Positions 1 through 9,824 are shown, numbered from the stretch's first letter. The stretch is DNA of 62,709 nucleotides from Promethearchaeota archaeon (GCA_030667705.1 DAOUVJ010000002.1:1-62709), one strand, 5' to 3'. Translations and numbers: made by a program. The notes: generated from the sequence alone by a model not told the origin.

Positions 1-3000
1 GAGCCCTATACTTATGTTGAACACCGTCTCTGTAAAGTGTGATAGTCCAATATATGTTCCATTAATATAAACTGAATCTAAATTGAGATCTAGTTCTCCA
101 TCATTATACACAGAAATGACCACATCTGAAAAATCTCTAGCGCTAGTCTCCGAATCCTCAATTCTTATATTATAAAGAGTGGAATTAACAACAGCAGTAA
201 AATTTGTAGATGCTAAAGCAGTCGTGTTTGTAGTGATACTTACTTGTACTGTATCTGTATTATTGATATTCAAACCAGTGATGTTAAAGGAAACAATTGC
301 ACACTCTTGCATGGTTAAGATTTTATCTCCACTTAGGAATTCTACATCTGAATCAAACGATAAAATTGTAGTGCCATTGAGGGTGATCTCATCAAGAGCT
401 ATATCTTCATCACCTGTATTTTTGATTAATAATCTACCAGTTTCATTTGCTGCAATGTATGAGCCTAATGAACCCCTTACACTTTCAATGATTTGAATGT
501 CAGGATCATCGTTTATTGTATGTAAATAACCTATATCTGAAGCTTTAGTAGAACCATCAAAAAGTGCTGTCACAATTAAACCAATTTCATCATTCACGTC
601 AAGATCTAAATAATCTGATGCTTTAACAGTAATGTATTTTTCTTCTCCTGGATTGAGATTAAATGGTGTAAATGATACAGAATCCCAGTCACCAGTCTCT
701 CTCAAGTAAATAGAATCTAACCCAAGAATGATATCTCCCGTATTTTTCATTCGAATTGCTAAGAATGTTGTTCCATTGTCATATGTATAGGAATGGGTAC
801 TACTCAACTCAATTGGCATGTGATCTCTAAAATCATCACTTTGAATAATCGCAACTTCTGGAGAAGATATTCGAGATTCAGGAAGAAGAGAAATCTTGTA
901 ATTTTCATAATTTGATGTCATTAGAATTTCATCTTTTATCCCATTTGGTGTGATAACTCCAATTTTGTGCTCGGTGCCTACATCATAAAACGATGCTAAT
1001 GAATTTGAAATATGAACAGTTACTTTTTCACCGGGTTCAAGTATTGGTGATCCTGATAAGTAATTAACATTAGTGAATTTATCATCTATAGTATCGTAAT
1101 AAAAATTCTCTAAAACTACTACATTATCTCCGGTATTTTCAATTTCAAGATAGAGGTCTGCTTGAGATTCATCAACTTGAACTACCTTGCTATTTTCCCT
1201 ATTTATACGAATTTCTTCCTCTTTTGCTTCCTTTACAAAGAAATTGCTTGTGCTATTAGAGAATATGTATGGTTTCCCTTCTAAAGCAACCGATTCTGCT
1301 TGAACCGTGATGCTAACGATATCATTCTTTTGAAATGTTGTTTCTTCAAGATTAACCCATATCAAATCGTCATCATTTGCTTCCACGTGATTATCGCTTA
1401 TACCTTTTCCAAGAGAGTAGTTATAACTCTGTCCATTAACTTTTACATCAGTAATCGTTAAATTTTTCGTTCCTGTATTATCTAACTTTAGAGTAGCATA
1501 TCCAGTATCAAATACTTCGGGATTAACTATTGAAAATGAGGATTCCAATGCAGTATAGTCCAATTTAAATAATTTTACAGTGCCCCAAGTTGAGCTATAT
1601 GCAGGTTGGAACACATTAAAATCATAATCTCCATTTGGTGGAATACTTTCAACCCAAGGAATACCTTGATCATCGACTCTCCTGAGGTTAATTTCATCTC
1701 GATAATTCCTCTCAAGATCATTTACCTGTTCTTCAGGTGAAACGGGAGTAGTAGGAATTCCAGAAAACATGAGACGAACTACCATGCTTTGAAACCAAGA
1801 CCTTTCTGCACGTTGGCTTGTTGCATTCCAATATTTTGCTTCGTCAAATACGGAATTTGCTTCCCAATTATCTTCTTCTAGACCCATTACTTTATATTTT
1901 TCATAATTATCGTTGCATATACGCAACATCCATGGCCACTTACCCTCGTCCCCGCCCAAACCGGAGTACAGGAATCCGAAATACACCAACACATAATCTG
2001 CTTTAAGTTGTTTGAAAATTTTAGCACTATATAATTCATTCGTTTGCGATAAAGCCATCCCTGTGAGACCTATCCGTGTACTATTTAATGTAGCGTTATC
2101 ATTTACAGTAGTCATATTAGCAATTGGAGTTAACCAGTAGCCATAATCCCACCACGAGACGACTACAGTATCCCCCGGTAAATTTGTTTTCATCCAGGTA
2201 AGACTTTCTTCCCAATCATGAAATTGTCCCCCCGGAGATAGTTGACTATAAGCTAGGTCATTTGTTGCTATATTTGCAGCATGAGAAACTTGAGCAAATA
2301 ACATTAAACCCACAATAAAGTAGACTAATCCAATCTCAAATTTGCCTACTGTTGTTTTTAATTGCCGTTTTCTTTTGCGGCTAAGCACACGCTTTTCATC
2401 AAAAAAGCTTCCGAAAATTTTTAAAACATTACTTAAACCATATGCAGCCACCAAAGAAGCTACTGGGGCAAATAGTAGAATAATTCGAATCATACTACCA
2501 GTGAAATAGAATATTGTTAGTAGAAATACTATTAAAAATATATCTATGTGATTGGATCTTTTAAACGCAAAGAAGACTCCTAATGGAAGTAGCATTAATG
2601 GTATTAATGTATTGTAGTAGAAAATACTCCAAGCACTTGGTGCATGTTCGGCAACTGATGCAACAATGTGAATTTGCTCTCGAAGCAAGGGACTCAAGAT
2701 ACTTAATAACCTTCTTCCTAATCCTAATGGTATTAAATCTGGAGCAACCCAAATCAATACAGCAAATATAGCGATGCCCGGTACTAATATCCATTTAATA
2801 GTAGTTAAAATTCCATTGTAAAGTTGAGGTTTTTCATTTTTACTCATGTATATTAAGTGGAAAATTACGAGAAGCAATGTAAAGAAGAAAACACCACCAA
2901 TATCTAAGCTTGTGAATAACTCATCAAATCGAAAATTAGTAAATAGTGAAAATATGAGTAATCCTGTTCCTATAGTTCCACCATATGCAATTAATACTTT

Positions 3001-3726
3001 GGAATTATACTTACCAGTTAATACAATAATCCCAACAATTAATGGAAGTACATAAAAGACAAAATTATATCCTCCCCAACTGAGAGATAAATAACCTAAG
3101 AACACACCTCCTAAGATGGAGTGAGTAATTTTTCCCGTTCGCATTGTTTTAATAAAGAAATAGAAAGTCATTAAAGTAGCAAACACTCCAATAGTTTCAT
3201 TATCAAAAAATCCTGCAGTTGTTCTTTGCATGAAACCTATATTAAATGCCATAAAGAAGGCAAATAATAAGCCACACTTCTTATCCAATACTTCGTTTCC
3301 TAATAAATACGAAGCAAGTACAGTCACTCCTCCCATTACTGCAGGAAAATAAAAACAAATATCATAAAGAGTAATTGGGATGCCAATAGCATTAAAAAAA
3401 TTATAAATAGCAACAACTGTGAAAGTAAGACCTGGTCTTAAATTACCTCTATAATAACCTGTAGGAAACCAACTTTTAAAATCTTGCCAATTAAAGTATT
3501 CATATATAGTATGGGTTGATAAGTATTCTGCATTGTAATATTGGATCCAAGGGTCAAAAGCTTTAATAAGATAATTCTCCACGACTATAGGAGATAATCT
3601 AATAACGATAGCTACTATAAACACTAACCCTAATGCTATCAAAAATAGAAGGTTTTGTCGTTTAATTGTTAAACCAGATCTAATACGATCTCGGAAATTT
3701 CGGATTGAATTACTGAATCTACTCAT
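1..3726 (-). CDS. aglB: Oligosaccharyltransferase AglB/STT3 catalytic subunit; the 3' end runs off the window (at least 1242 codons)
   Basis: An uninterrupted minus-strand frame runs from the ATG at 3726-3724 to position 1 with no stop, which explains its absence from the ORF track. The N-terminal half is multi-TM. The WWDYGYW catalytic motif is encoded at 2134-2154. The C-terminal part consists of repeated modules. Confidence 0.85.
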   Translation of the reverse strand, partial: MSRFSNSIRNFRDRIRSGLTIKRQNLLFLIALGLVFIVAIVIRLSPIVVENYLIKAFDPWIQYYNAEYLSTHTIYEYFNWQDFKSWFPTGYYRGNLRPGLTFTVVAIYNFFNAIGIPITLYDICFYFPAVMGGVTVLASYLLGNEVLDKKCGLLFAFFMAFNIGFMQRTTAGFFDNETIGVFATLMTFYFFIKTMRTGKITHSILGGVFLGYLSLSWGGYNFVFYVLPLIVGIIVLTGKYNSKVLIAYGGTIGTGLLIFSLFTNFRFDELFTSLDIGGVFFFTLLLVIFHLIYMSKNEKPQLYNGILTTIKWILVPGIAIFAVLIWVAPDLIPLGLGRRLLSILSPLLREQIHIVASVAEHAPSAWSIFYYNTLIPLMLLPLGVFFAFKRSNHIDIFLIVFLLTIFYFTGSMIRIILLFAPVASLVAAYGLSNVLKIFGSFFDEKRVLSRKRKRQLKTTVGKFEIGLVYFIVGLMLFAQVSHAANIATNDLAYSQLSPGGQFHDWEESLTWMKTNLPGDTVVVSWWDYGYWLTPIANMTTVNDNATLNSTRIGLTGMALSQTNELYSAKIFKQLKADYVLVYFGFLYSGLGGDEGKWPWMLRICNDNYEKYKVMGLEEDNWEANSVFDEAKYWNATSQRAERSWFQSMVVRLMFSGIPTTPVSPEEQVNDLERNYRDEINLRRVDDQGIPWVESIPPNGDYDFNVFQPAYSSTWGTVKLFKLDYTALESSFSIVNPEVFDTGYATLKLDNTGTKNLTITDVKVNGQSYNYSLGKGISDNHVEANDDDLIWVNLEETTFQKNDIVSITVQAESVALEGKPYIFSNSTSNFFVKEAKEEEIRINRENSKVVQVDESQADLYLEIENTGDNVVVLENFYYDTIDDKFTNVNYLSGSPILEPGEKVTVHISNSLASFYDVGTEHKIGVITPNGIKDEILMTSNYENYKISLLPESRISSPEVAIIQSDDFRDHMPIELSSTHSYTYDNGTTFLAIRMKNTGDIILGLDSIYLRETGDWDSVSFTPFNLNPGEEKYITVKASDYLDLDVNDEIGLIVTALFDGSTKASDIGYLHTINDDPDIQIIESVRGSLGSYIAANETGRLLIKNTGDEDIALDEITLNGTTILSFDSDVEFLSGDKILTMQECAIVSFNITGLNINNTDTVQVSITTNTTALASTNFTAVVNSTLYNIRIEDSETSARDFSDVVISVYNDGELDLNLDSVYINGTYIGLSHFTETVFNISIGL

Positions 3727-3879
3727 GAATATTTTGCCTAAAAGTATAATTTTAAATTATTTAATAAAATTCTAATTAAAGTTTAGATTATAAAAATTTC
3801 CCTAAGATTAAAAGATTATTTTTTAGTTAATGAAAACGTCTTGATATCATAACAAATACTCAATAAAAGAAACTCTTCA

Positions 3880-4710
3880 ATGAATGGAAATAGATACTTA
3901 TTTAGGTTTTTTTATGTTGGTGAGAATTATTATGGTTCTCAAAGGCAATTAAATCATATTACTGTTGAAGAATGCATTATTAATGCATTATTGAAAAAAA
4001 AATACATGGATGATGTCGAAAATTCCGGATTTGAAGTTGCTAGTCGTACGGATAGGCATGTATCCGCAAGAGGGGCGGCATTTTCTTTCATCGCAAATAA
4101 ACCACCTATTTTAATGGAGATTAATTCAGTTTTACCTAAGGATATAGGAGTATGGGCACATGTAAAAGTTTCACGAGATTTTTCATCTCGTTTTAATGCT
4201 GAATATCGTCATTATAAATACATTGTTCAAATCGATTCTCATGATTCAAACATGGATTTAGATATAATGAGAAAAGCGTGTAAGGAACTTGAGGGAAGGC
4301 ATGATTTTATAAATTTCTCAAAAAAGGAGAAAGATGAAGTTATTACATTAAGGGACTTAATGGTTGCTCGATTTGAAAATCAAAAGAACTTTTTAATTTT
4401 TGATTTTAAAAGCAAGGCATTTCTAAGACAGCAGATCAGGAGAATGATGACTAAAATCCTTGAAATAGGAAAAAATCAGATCTCTTATGATGACTTTCTG
4501 CGACTTTTTGATCCATCTAAAGAATATTCGTATAAACCTGCAGAACCTAATGGCTTAATATTATGGGATGTAAATTATGGTCATAAGTTGAGATTTGAAA
4601 TGGATAAAAAATCAGTAGAACGGATGAAAACATATTTATTGCAACGTTACAGAGATTTATATTTGAAATCTAGATTATTTCACATCATGGAGCAAGACGA
4701 TCTTAGCTAA
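3880..4710 (+). CDS. truA: tRNA pseudouridine synthase A (TruA/Pus1 family)
   Basis: ASRTDRHVSARG matches the TruA catalytic RTDxGVHA-type motif. Size is 276 aa. The 3' end overlaps the convergent rfcS by 36 nt. Confidence 0.8.
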   Translation: MNGNRYLFRFFYVGENYYGSQRQLNHITVEECIINALLKKKYMDDVENSGFEVASRTDRHVSARGAAFSFIANKPPILMEINSVLPKDIGVWAHVKVSRDFSSRFNAEYRHYKYIVQIDSHDSNMDLDIMRKACKELEGRHDFINFSKKEKDEVITLRDLMVARFENQKNFLIFDFKSKAFLRQQIRRMMTKILEIGKNQISYDDFLRLFDPSKEYSYKPAEPNGLILWDVNYGHKLRFEMDKKSVERMKTYLLQRYRDLYLKSRLFHIMEQDDLS

Positions 4711-5646
4711 TAATGCTTTTAGTTGGATCTCTTCTGTTGCTCCTTGGCTCAACCGATATTCGAATTCCGCAAGGAGTTTTGAAAGTTCTATCTTTTTATC
4801 TTCGGAGATTTCAAGATCATATAACTCTCGATATATATTTTTAATGATATTGATTCCAGAGAGACCATATTCATTCACGATGTCATCTAAAAGTTTAATG
4901 GATAACTGCAATTGACCTTGTAAAGCTGCTTTAAGTATGTTAGTAGTTTTATTAGATGGAACTTCTCCTGCTACTCTAAAAACTGTTTCTTGATCAATTT
5001 CTTTAGATATTGTTCCACATGATTGCAGGTAATTAATTGCCCTTCTGCAATCTCCATGAGATACTTGAACTAATGAGGATAATCCATCTGGAGTTAGTGA
5101 TAAATTTTCTTGTGAAGCGACATATTTTACTCTTTCTTTAATATCTTCTTGATTTAAGGATGAAAACCGAAAAACTACACATCGAGATTGAATTGGAGGG
5201 ATGATTTTATTTGAGTAATTGCATATTAATATCATGCGACAATTCCTTGTATACTTTTCCATTGTTCTTCTTAAAGCTTGTTGCGCACTCGACGTCATGT
5301 TATCTGCTTCATCTAGTATAAGGATTTTAAAAGGAATGTCCAATGGAGGTTTTGTCTTCGCAAAATCCTTAATATATGTCCTAATAACATTTATTCCCCT
5401 CGCATCGCTAGCATTTAATTCAAGATAAGTAATATTTATAGCCATTTTCTTTCTGTAAATTTCTCTAACCATGGCTAATGCTGATGTTGTCTTACCCGTC
5501 CCTGCAGGACCTGCAAAGATCAGGTGAGGCATTGATTTGTCTTTAACAAATTGTTTTAATCTTTCCATTATACCCTTTTGATTTGAAACTTGATTTAGTG
5601 TGCGGGGGCGATATTTTTCAACCCAAGGTCTGTTTTTAATGGACAT
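4675..5646 (-). CDS. rfcS: Replication factor C small subunit
   Basis: The N-terminus is PWVEKYRP. It has Walker A GPAGTGKTT, Walker B DEAD and an SRC motif. Length is 323 aa. Confidence 0.92.
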   Translation of the reverse strand: MSIKNRPWVEKYRPRTLNQVSNQKGIMERLKQFVKDKSMPHLIFAGPAGTGKTTSALAMVREIYRKKMAINITYLELNASDARGINVIRTYIKDFAKTKPPLDIPFKILILDEADNMTSSAQQALRRTMEKYTRNCRMILICNYSNKIIPPIQSRCVVFRFSSLNQEDIKERVKYVASQENLSLTPDGLSSLVQVSHGDCRRAINYLQSCGTISKEIDQETVFRVAGEVPSNKTTNILKAALQGQLQLSIKLLDDIVNEYGLSGINIIKNIYRELYDLEISEDKKIELSKLLAEFEYRLSQGATEEIQLKALLAKIVLLHDVK

Positions 5647-5757
5647 AATAATGGTTAATAACTAAATAGAATTGAAGATTTATTATTATTATATAAATAA
5701 TTCTCTTAAGAAATAAAATTTCTTTATTTTTATCAAATTTCATAAAACTGATTATTT

Positions 5758-5761
5758 GGAG
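5758..5761 (+). promoter_or_regulatory. Shine-Dalgarno-like GGAG, 6 nt upstream of the eno ATG
   Basis: The sequence reads GGAG-attaac-ATG. The same GGAG-N6-start spacing occurs at 17997-18011 and 29861-29873. Confidence 0.45.
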
Positions 5762-5767
5762 ATTAAC

Positions 5768-7075
5768 ATGACAGATTTTAAAATCACAAAAATTAAATCT
5801 CGATGGATTTTAGATTCACGAGGTAATCCGACTGTAGAAACAGATATATTTGCTGGAGATGTTTTCACGCGTTCTGCTGTGCCCTCTGGGGCATCTACGG
5901 GTATTTTGGAAGCATTAGAATTGAGAGATGGAGGGACTGCTTTTTTAGGAAAGCATGTAACTAAAGCTGTTGCAAATGTAAATGAGATCTTAGCAAAAAA
6001 ATTGATAGGTTTTGATGTACGTGAACAAGAGAAGATTGATTTAGAAATGATAAATATAGATGGTACAGATAATAAGAGTGAGCTGGGAGCAAATGCTATC
6101 TTGTCAGTATCACTATCAACATCAAAATTAGCAGCTCGACTTCTTGATAAACCCTTATTTGAACACCTATATGAATTAAGTCATAATAAATCAAGAAATA
6201 ATTATCTATTACCTTTACCATGCTGTAATATAATAAACGGTGGAGAACATGCTGGGAATAATTTGTCGATACAAGAATTTATGATTCTACCAATCGGTGC
6301 AAAATCATTTTCACAAGCAATGCAAAACGTCGCTGAAGTTTATCAAAATTTAAAAACTATTTTACGTGAGAAATATGGAAGAACAGCAGTTAATGTCGGC
6401 GATGAAGGAGGATTTGCCCCCAATTTATCAAGTACAAAAGAAGCTATTGAATTAATTATTGAAGCAATTGAAGTTTCAGGATTTTTAATGAATATGGATT
6501 TTGTTTTAGGAATGGACGCAGCTGCAAGTGAATTTTATGATGGGACTGTTTATGATATAGATGGAAAAAAGTTAAGTGAAACCGAACTACTGCAATATTA
6601 CTTAGACATGTTAGATGAATTCCCTTACATTAAATCTATAGAAGATCCATTCGATCAACAAGCATTTCGTGGATTTTCTAATTTAACCGCAAAGATAGAT
6701 AAATCAATTCAAATTGTTGATGATGATTTAACAGTTACAAATATAAATATACTGCAAAAAGCGATTCAAGAAAATGCCGGAAATGCTCTTTTATTAAAAG
6801 TTAATCAAATTGGTAGTTTGACTGAAGCTATAAAAGCGTGTAAAATGGCTTTTGACAATAAATTTAATGTAATGGTTTCTCATCGTTCTGGAGAAACAGA
6901 AGACCCATTCATAGCGGATTTGGTTGTGGGATTATGTGCTGGTCAAATTAAAAGTGGAGCACCATGCAGGAGTGACAGAAACTGTAAATACAATCAATTA
7001 TTACGCATAGAAGAACGTTTAGGGGATAATGCAAAATATCCAGAATCTCTTGATTCGTGGAAAAAATATCAATAA
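5768..7075 (+). CDS. eno: Enolase (phosphopyruvate hydratase)
   Basis: Contains ILDSRGNPTVE, SHRSGETED and the KVNQIGS(L)TE motif. I prefer the ATG at 5768, which is preceded by GGAG-N6, over the track's TTG at 5756. Confidence 0.95.
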   Translation: MTDFKITKIKSRWILDSRGNPTVETDIFAGDVFTRSAVPSGASTGILEALELRDGGTAFLGKHVTKAVANVNEILAKKLIGFDVREQEKIDLEMINIDGTDNKSELGANAILSVSLSTSKLAARLLDKPLFEHLYELSHNKSRNNYLLPLPCCNIINGGEHAGNNLSIQEFMILPIGAKSFSQAMQNVAEVYQNLKTILREKYGRTAVNVGDEGGFAPNLSSTKEAIELIIEAIEVSGFLMNMDFVLGMDAAASEFYDGTVYDIDGKKLSETELLQYYLDMLDEFPYIKSIEDPFDQQAFRGFSNLTAKIDKSIQIVDDDLTVTNINILQKAIQENAGNALLLKVNQIGSLTEAIKACKMAFDNKFNVMVSHRSGETEDPFIADLVVGLCAGQIKSGAPCRSDRNCKYNQLLRIEERLGDNAKYPESLDSWKKYQ

Positions 7076-7092
7076 TAAATTTTTTTATTACT

Positions 7093-7731
7093 CTATTTTT
7101 TAGTAATTCGATATATTTTAACATTTATATCCTTCTTTTTTTGACTATGAAAAGGAAATGTTTTCTCTAATTTCATTTTAAAAGGAAATGTGTAATTAAT
7201 TTTCCAACCATTTTTGTTGATGAATTTTGATAGGAATTCGTGCACTTTTTCATTATGAAGGTGAATCGTGTAAATGGTATCTGAAAAATTAAAAGCTTTT
7301 AAAAGGAATGCCCTATCTGCAGTTTTCTTTTGCACTCCAAATGGAGGGTTCATTATCGTAGTGATTTTCAGAGAATCCGGTAGATTATTCTTACTAAATT
7401 CAAAATTGGAAACATTCGTACATATCGGATTAATCAGGTGATTCAAACCAAGTTCATTTATATTCTGTTTAAAAATCTTGATTGCAGACCAATCAAAATC
7501 AATTCCAATTACTTGATTTGCACGGAGATACGCGCTTGCAATTGATAATCTTCCCGTTCCTGAACCTAAATCTATAATTAAATTATTATCAATGTCGTTA
7601 AATTCAAATCCAGCAAAATAGATAATATCAGCAGCACTCACAGCATCGATGCTATATTGCTCAAATTCAACTTTAGGTTTCGAAAATGGTGCTGTTGATT
7701 GAATTATCGAAATTAATTCTTTTTTATTAAT
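7093..7731 (-). CDS. METTL5-like (COG2263) SAM-dependent rRNA N6-adenine methyltransferase; the start is uncertain
   Basis: Has SAM motif I DLGSGTGRLS and an NPPFG motif. The family N-terminal block KPKVEFEQY lies upstream of the track's GTG at 7641. The frame is open only to 7740. The candidate start is the ATT at 7731, 6 nt after the GGAG at 7741-7738. Confidence 0.6.
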   Translation of the reverse strand: MNKKELISIIQSTAPFSKPKVEFEQYSIDAVSAADIIYFAGFEFNDIDNNLIIDLGSGTGRLSIASAYLRANQVIGIDFDWSAIKIFKQNINELGLNHLINPICTNVSNFEFSKNNLPDSLKITTIMNPPFGVQKKTADRAFLLKAFNFSDTIYTIHLHNEKVHEFLSKFINKNGWKINYTFPFKMKLEKTFPFHSQKKKDINVKIYRITKK

Positions 7732-7846
7732 AACAATCTCCTAATAAGCTCGCTCTGGTTTAATCTCATGAAACATAATGAATAAATTTATTTGTTTTCA
7801 TTAATATAATTCAATTGAGATAAATAGAAAAATAGAACTGAATATC

Positions 7847-8443
7847 ATGAAAGAATCGATTAAAACAAATGAAATTGTAATTACGGGTCAGTATTTAGGA
7901 GTGGTAGAAGAGTATTTACCTAATAAAAAATCAACGTATACCAAAGATGGAAATATCTATGCGACTAAATCAGGAATTGTCTCAATTGATAAGGATAAAA
8001 GAGAAATTGAGATAAGGAGTCTTCAAGATGAAGATAGAAAAGTTATTGAGATGGGAGACATAATCATAGGAACCATACGTTTCTTAAGACAATATTCGGT
8101 CGGACTTAATTTTCAGGCGATAAATCAAAAACTTCATTTTAATAGTTCATATTTTGGTAATATTCACGTCTCTCAAATATCCAACAAATATGTTGAAAAA
8201 ATAGCCGATGCTTATCAACCCACAGATATTGTGCGAGCCAAAGTAATTGAACAAGAACAAAATGAATTTAAATTAAGTACATCTGGTAATAATTTAGGCG
8301 TCATCCATGCAGATTGCACTATTTGCGGGACATCATTGGAAAAGATAGGATTTAACAAGTTACAATGTACCCGGTGTGGTAATGTTGAATTTAGAAAAAT
8401 AGCCTCAGATTATCGGAATGTCACTGAAAAACTCAGATATTAA
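7847..8443 (+). CDS. csl4: Exosome RNA-binding subunit Csl4
   Basis: An N-terminal domain is followed by an S1-like barrel and a C-terminal CxxC...CxxC zinc ribbon (CTICG ... CTRCG). Size is 198 aa, and it lies adjacent to rpoL. Confidence 0.7.
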   Translation: MKESIKTNEIVITGQYLGVVEEYLPNKKSTYTKDGNIYATKSGIVSIDKDKREIEIRSLQDEDRKVIEMGDIIIGTIRFLRQYSVGLNFQAINQKLHFNSSYFGNIHVSQISNKYVEKIADAYQPTDIVRAKVIEQEQNEFKLSTSGNNLGVIHADCTICGTSLEKIGFNKLQCTRCGNVEFRKIASDYRNVTEKLRY

Positions 8444-8492
8444 TTTATTTTTATTCCATTCAAAATCATATTAAAATTTAAGATGTCTAAAT

Positions 8493-8726
8493 ATGGCAAG
8501 AAAGGGCGGGCGAAAAGTCATACATTTCTATAATTCAAGTGGCAAATTAGATAATGTCGTACAATTTCTCCAAGAAATTCAAAAAAAAATTAACTACCTT
8601 ACCTTAAACTGTTCAGTTGAGGGGAAATCTATTAAAATCACGATATTTGGACCACGTGATCTTCAATATCTTGCTACCGAACGATTAAGAGAATTGGCGA
8701 CTCGTTATCTGTCTTCTTCTTCTTGA
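8493..8726 (+). CDS. Hypothetical small protein (77 aa)
   Basis: The ORF sits between csl4 and rpoL on the same strand. I recognise no motif. Confidence 0.3.
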   Translation: MARKGGRKVIHFYNSSGKLDNVVQFLQEIQKKINYLTLNCSVEGKSIKITIFGPRDLQYLATERLRELATRYLSSSS

Positions 8727-8813
8727 AGAGCCCACTAAGAGAATTACAAACCAAAAAACATTTATTTTAGATAATATTAGATTTATTAACTCTCAATAAT
8801 TGGTGCACTGTAA

Positions 8814-9260
8814 GTGGCAAAAAAACCTCCTAAAGAAGAAGATCTTGAAGATAAAAGTGATTCAGATTTATCTAATGATGATGCACAGAAATTACCTTCC
8901 GAAACCTCTGGAGAAGATGGTGATGTAGAAGACGATGAAGAAGAAGATTTCGAGGAAGAAATAATTGAGAAAAAAGATTATAAATATGTAAAACTTGAAC
9001 TCACCAAGGGATTGAACGAAAATGATCATGTTTTATTATTAGAAGGTCAATCACATGGTTTCTGTAATCTTTTTGTAAAACAATTACTCCCCTTAAAAGG
9101 TGTAATTTCAGCAGCATATAGAATCACCTCAGTAAAACCCCCAGAAATATTCATTCGATTAGAAGACGGATATAAAATTAAGGATATCTTATTTGAAGCA
9201 ATAGAGTCTCTAAGAAATGAGGGTCAAGAAACACAAGAACTTTTTAAAAAAGTAATGTAA
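8814..9260 (+). CDS. rpoL: DNA-directed RNA polymerase subunit L (Rpb11/AC19-like) with an acidic N-terminal extension
   Basis: The C-terminal ~90 aa (LLLEGQSHGFCNLFVKQLL...ISAAYRI...PPEIFIRL) matches the EGEDHTLGNLL...AaY...HP pattern of RpoL. The start is GTG. The first ~55 aa are D/E/S-rich. Confidence 0.6.
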   Translation: MAKKPPKEEDLEDKSDSDLSNDDAQKLPSETSGEDGDVEDDEEEDFEEEIIEKKDYKYVKLELTKGLNENDHVLLLEGQSHGFCNLFVKQLLPLKGVISAAYRITSVKPPEIFIRLEDGYKIKDILFEAIESLRNEGQETQELFKKVM

Positions 9261-9303
9261 TTTACTCATATATTCTCTCGATTTAGATAAATAACTGATT
9301 TTA

Positions 9304-9756
9304 ATGGCATTCAACTTCCTACTTGATGATCTAAACCAACATTTATCCCAAAAAACCATTGGAACAGATAAAGGTTTAGCAAAGTTAGGAGATAGTATAG
9401 TTAACCTTACATACTCCATGGCAAAATCAATTTATTTAACACGCAATAATCCAAAGAATAGAATTATTCGAACGGGTAATAAAGTTAGTAAAAAGATCCT
9501 TGCTGAAGCGTTAAAAAATGCAGGTTTAAAACCTTTTGCGAAAAATAGAGGGGATGCACATGACATGGCAGACACTGTTGAAGCAATAGTCGCGTATGTC
9601 TGGTTAAGTAATAAAATGAGCATTGATGACATTATAGATGTATTATGGAAAGCTTTATCTGGAGATATTTCAATTAGAAACCAAGAAATTGAAACCGCAA
9701 GGAAGGCTTTTACAACTCTTCTAAATACGATGAAAAAATTTCTACCCGAACATTAA
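9304..9756 (+). CDS. RNase III-domain (mini-III-like) protein
   Basis: LAKLGDSIVNL matches the LGDA block and MADTVEAIVAYVWL matches the ADxxEAxxGA block of RNase III domains. At 150 aa it has a single domain and no dsRBD. Confidence 0.45.
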   Translation: MAFNFLLDDLNQHLSQKTIGTDKGLAKLGDSIVNLTYSMAKSIYLTRNNPKNRIIRTGNKVSKKILAEALKNAGLKPFAKNRGDAHDMADTVEAIVAYVWLSNKMSIDDIIDVLWKALSGDISIRNQEIETARKAFTTLLNTMKKFLPEH

Positions 9757-9824
9757 GATTAAATAAGCATGATTTGTGTAGATTTTAACCGAGATGTAAG
9801 AAATTGGTGAAATGGTAGTAGGAT

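Noticed and set aside
179-3055. Four plus-strand ORFs (179-496, 1818-2006, 2583-2771, 2846-3055) and one minus-strand ORF (2561-2794).
   Set aside because: All fall inside the continuous AglB/STT3 frame, either antisense or out of frame. Their products are low-complexity and match no family. They are shadow ORFs in AT-rich coding DNA.
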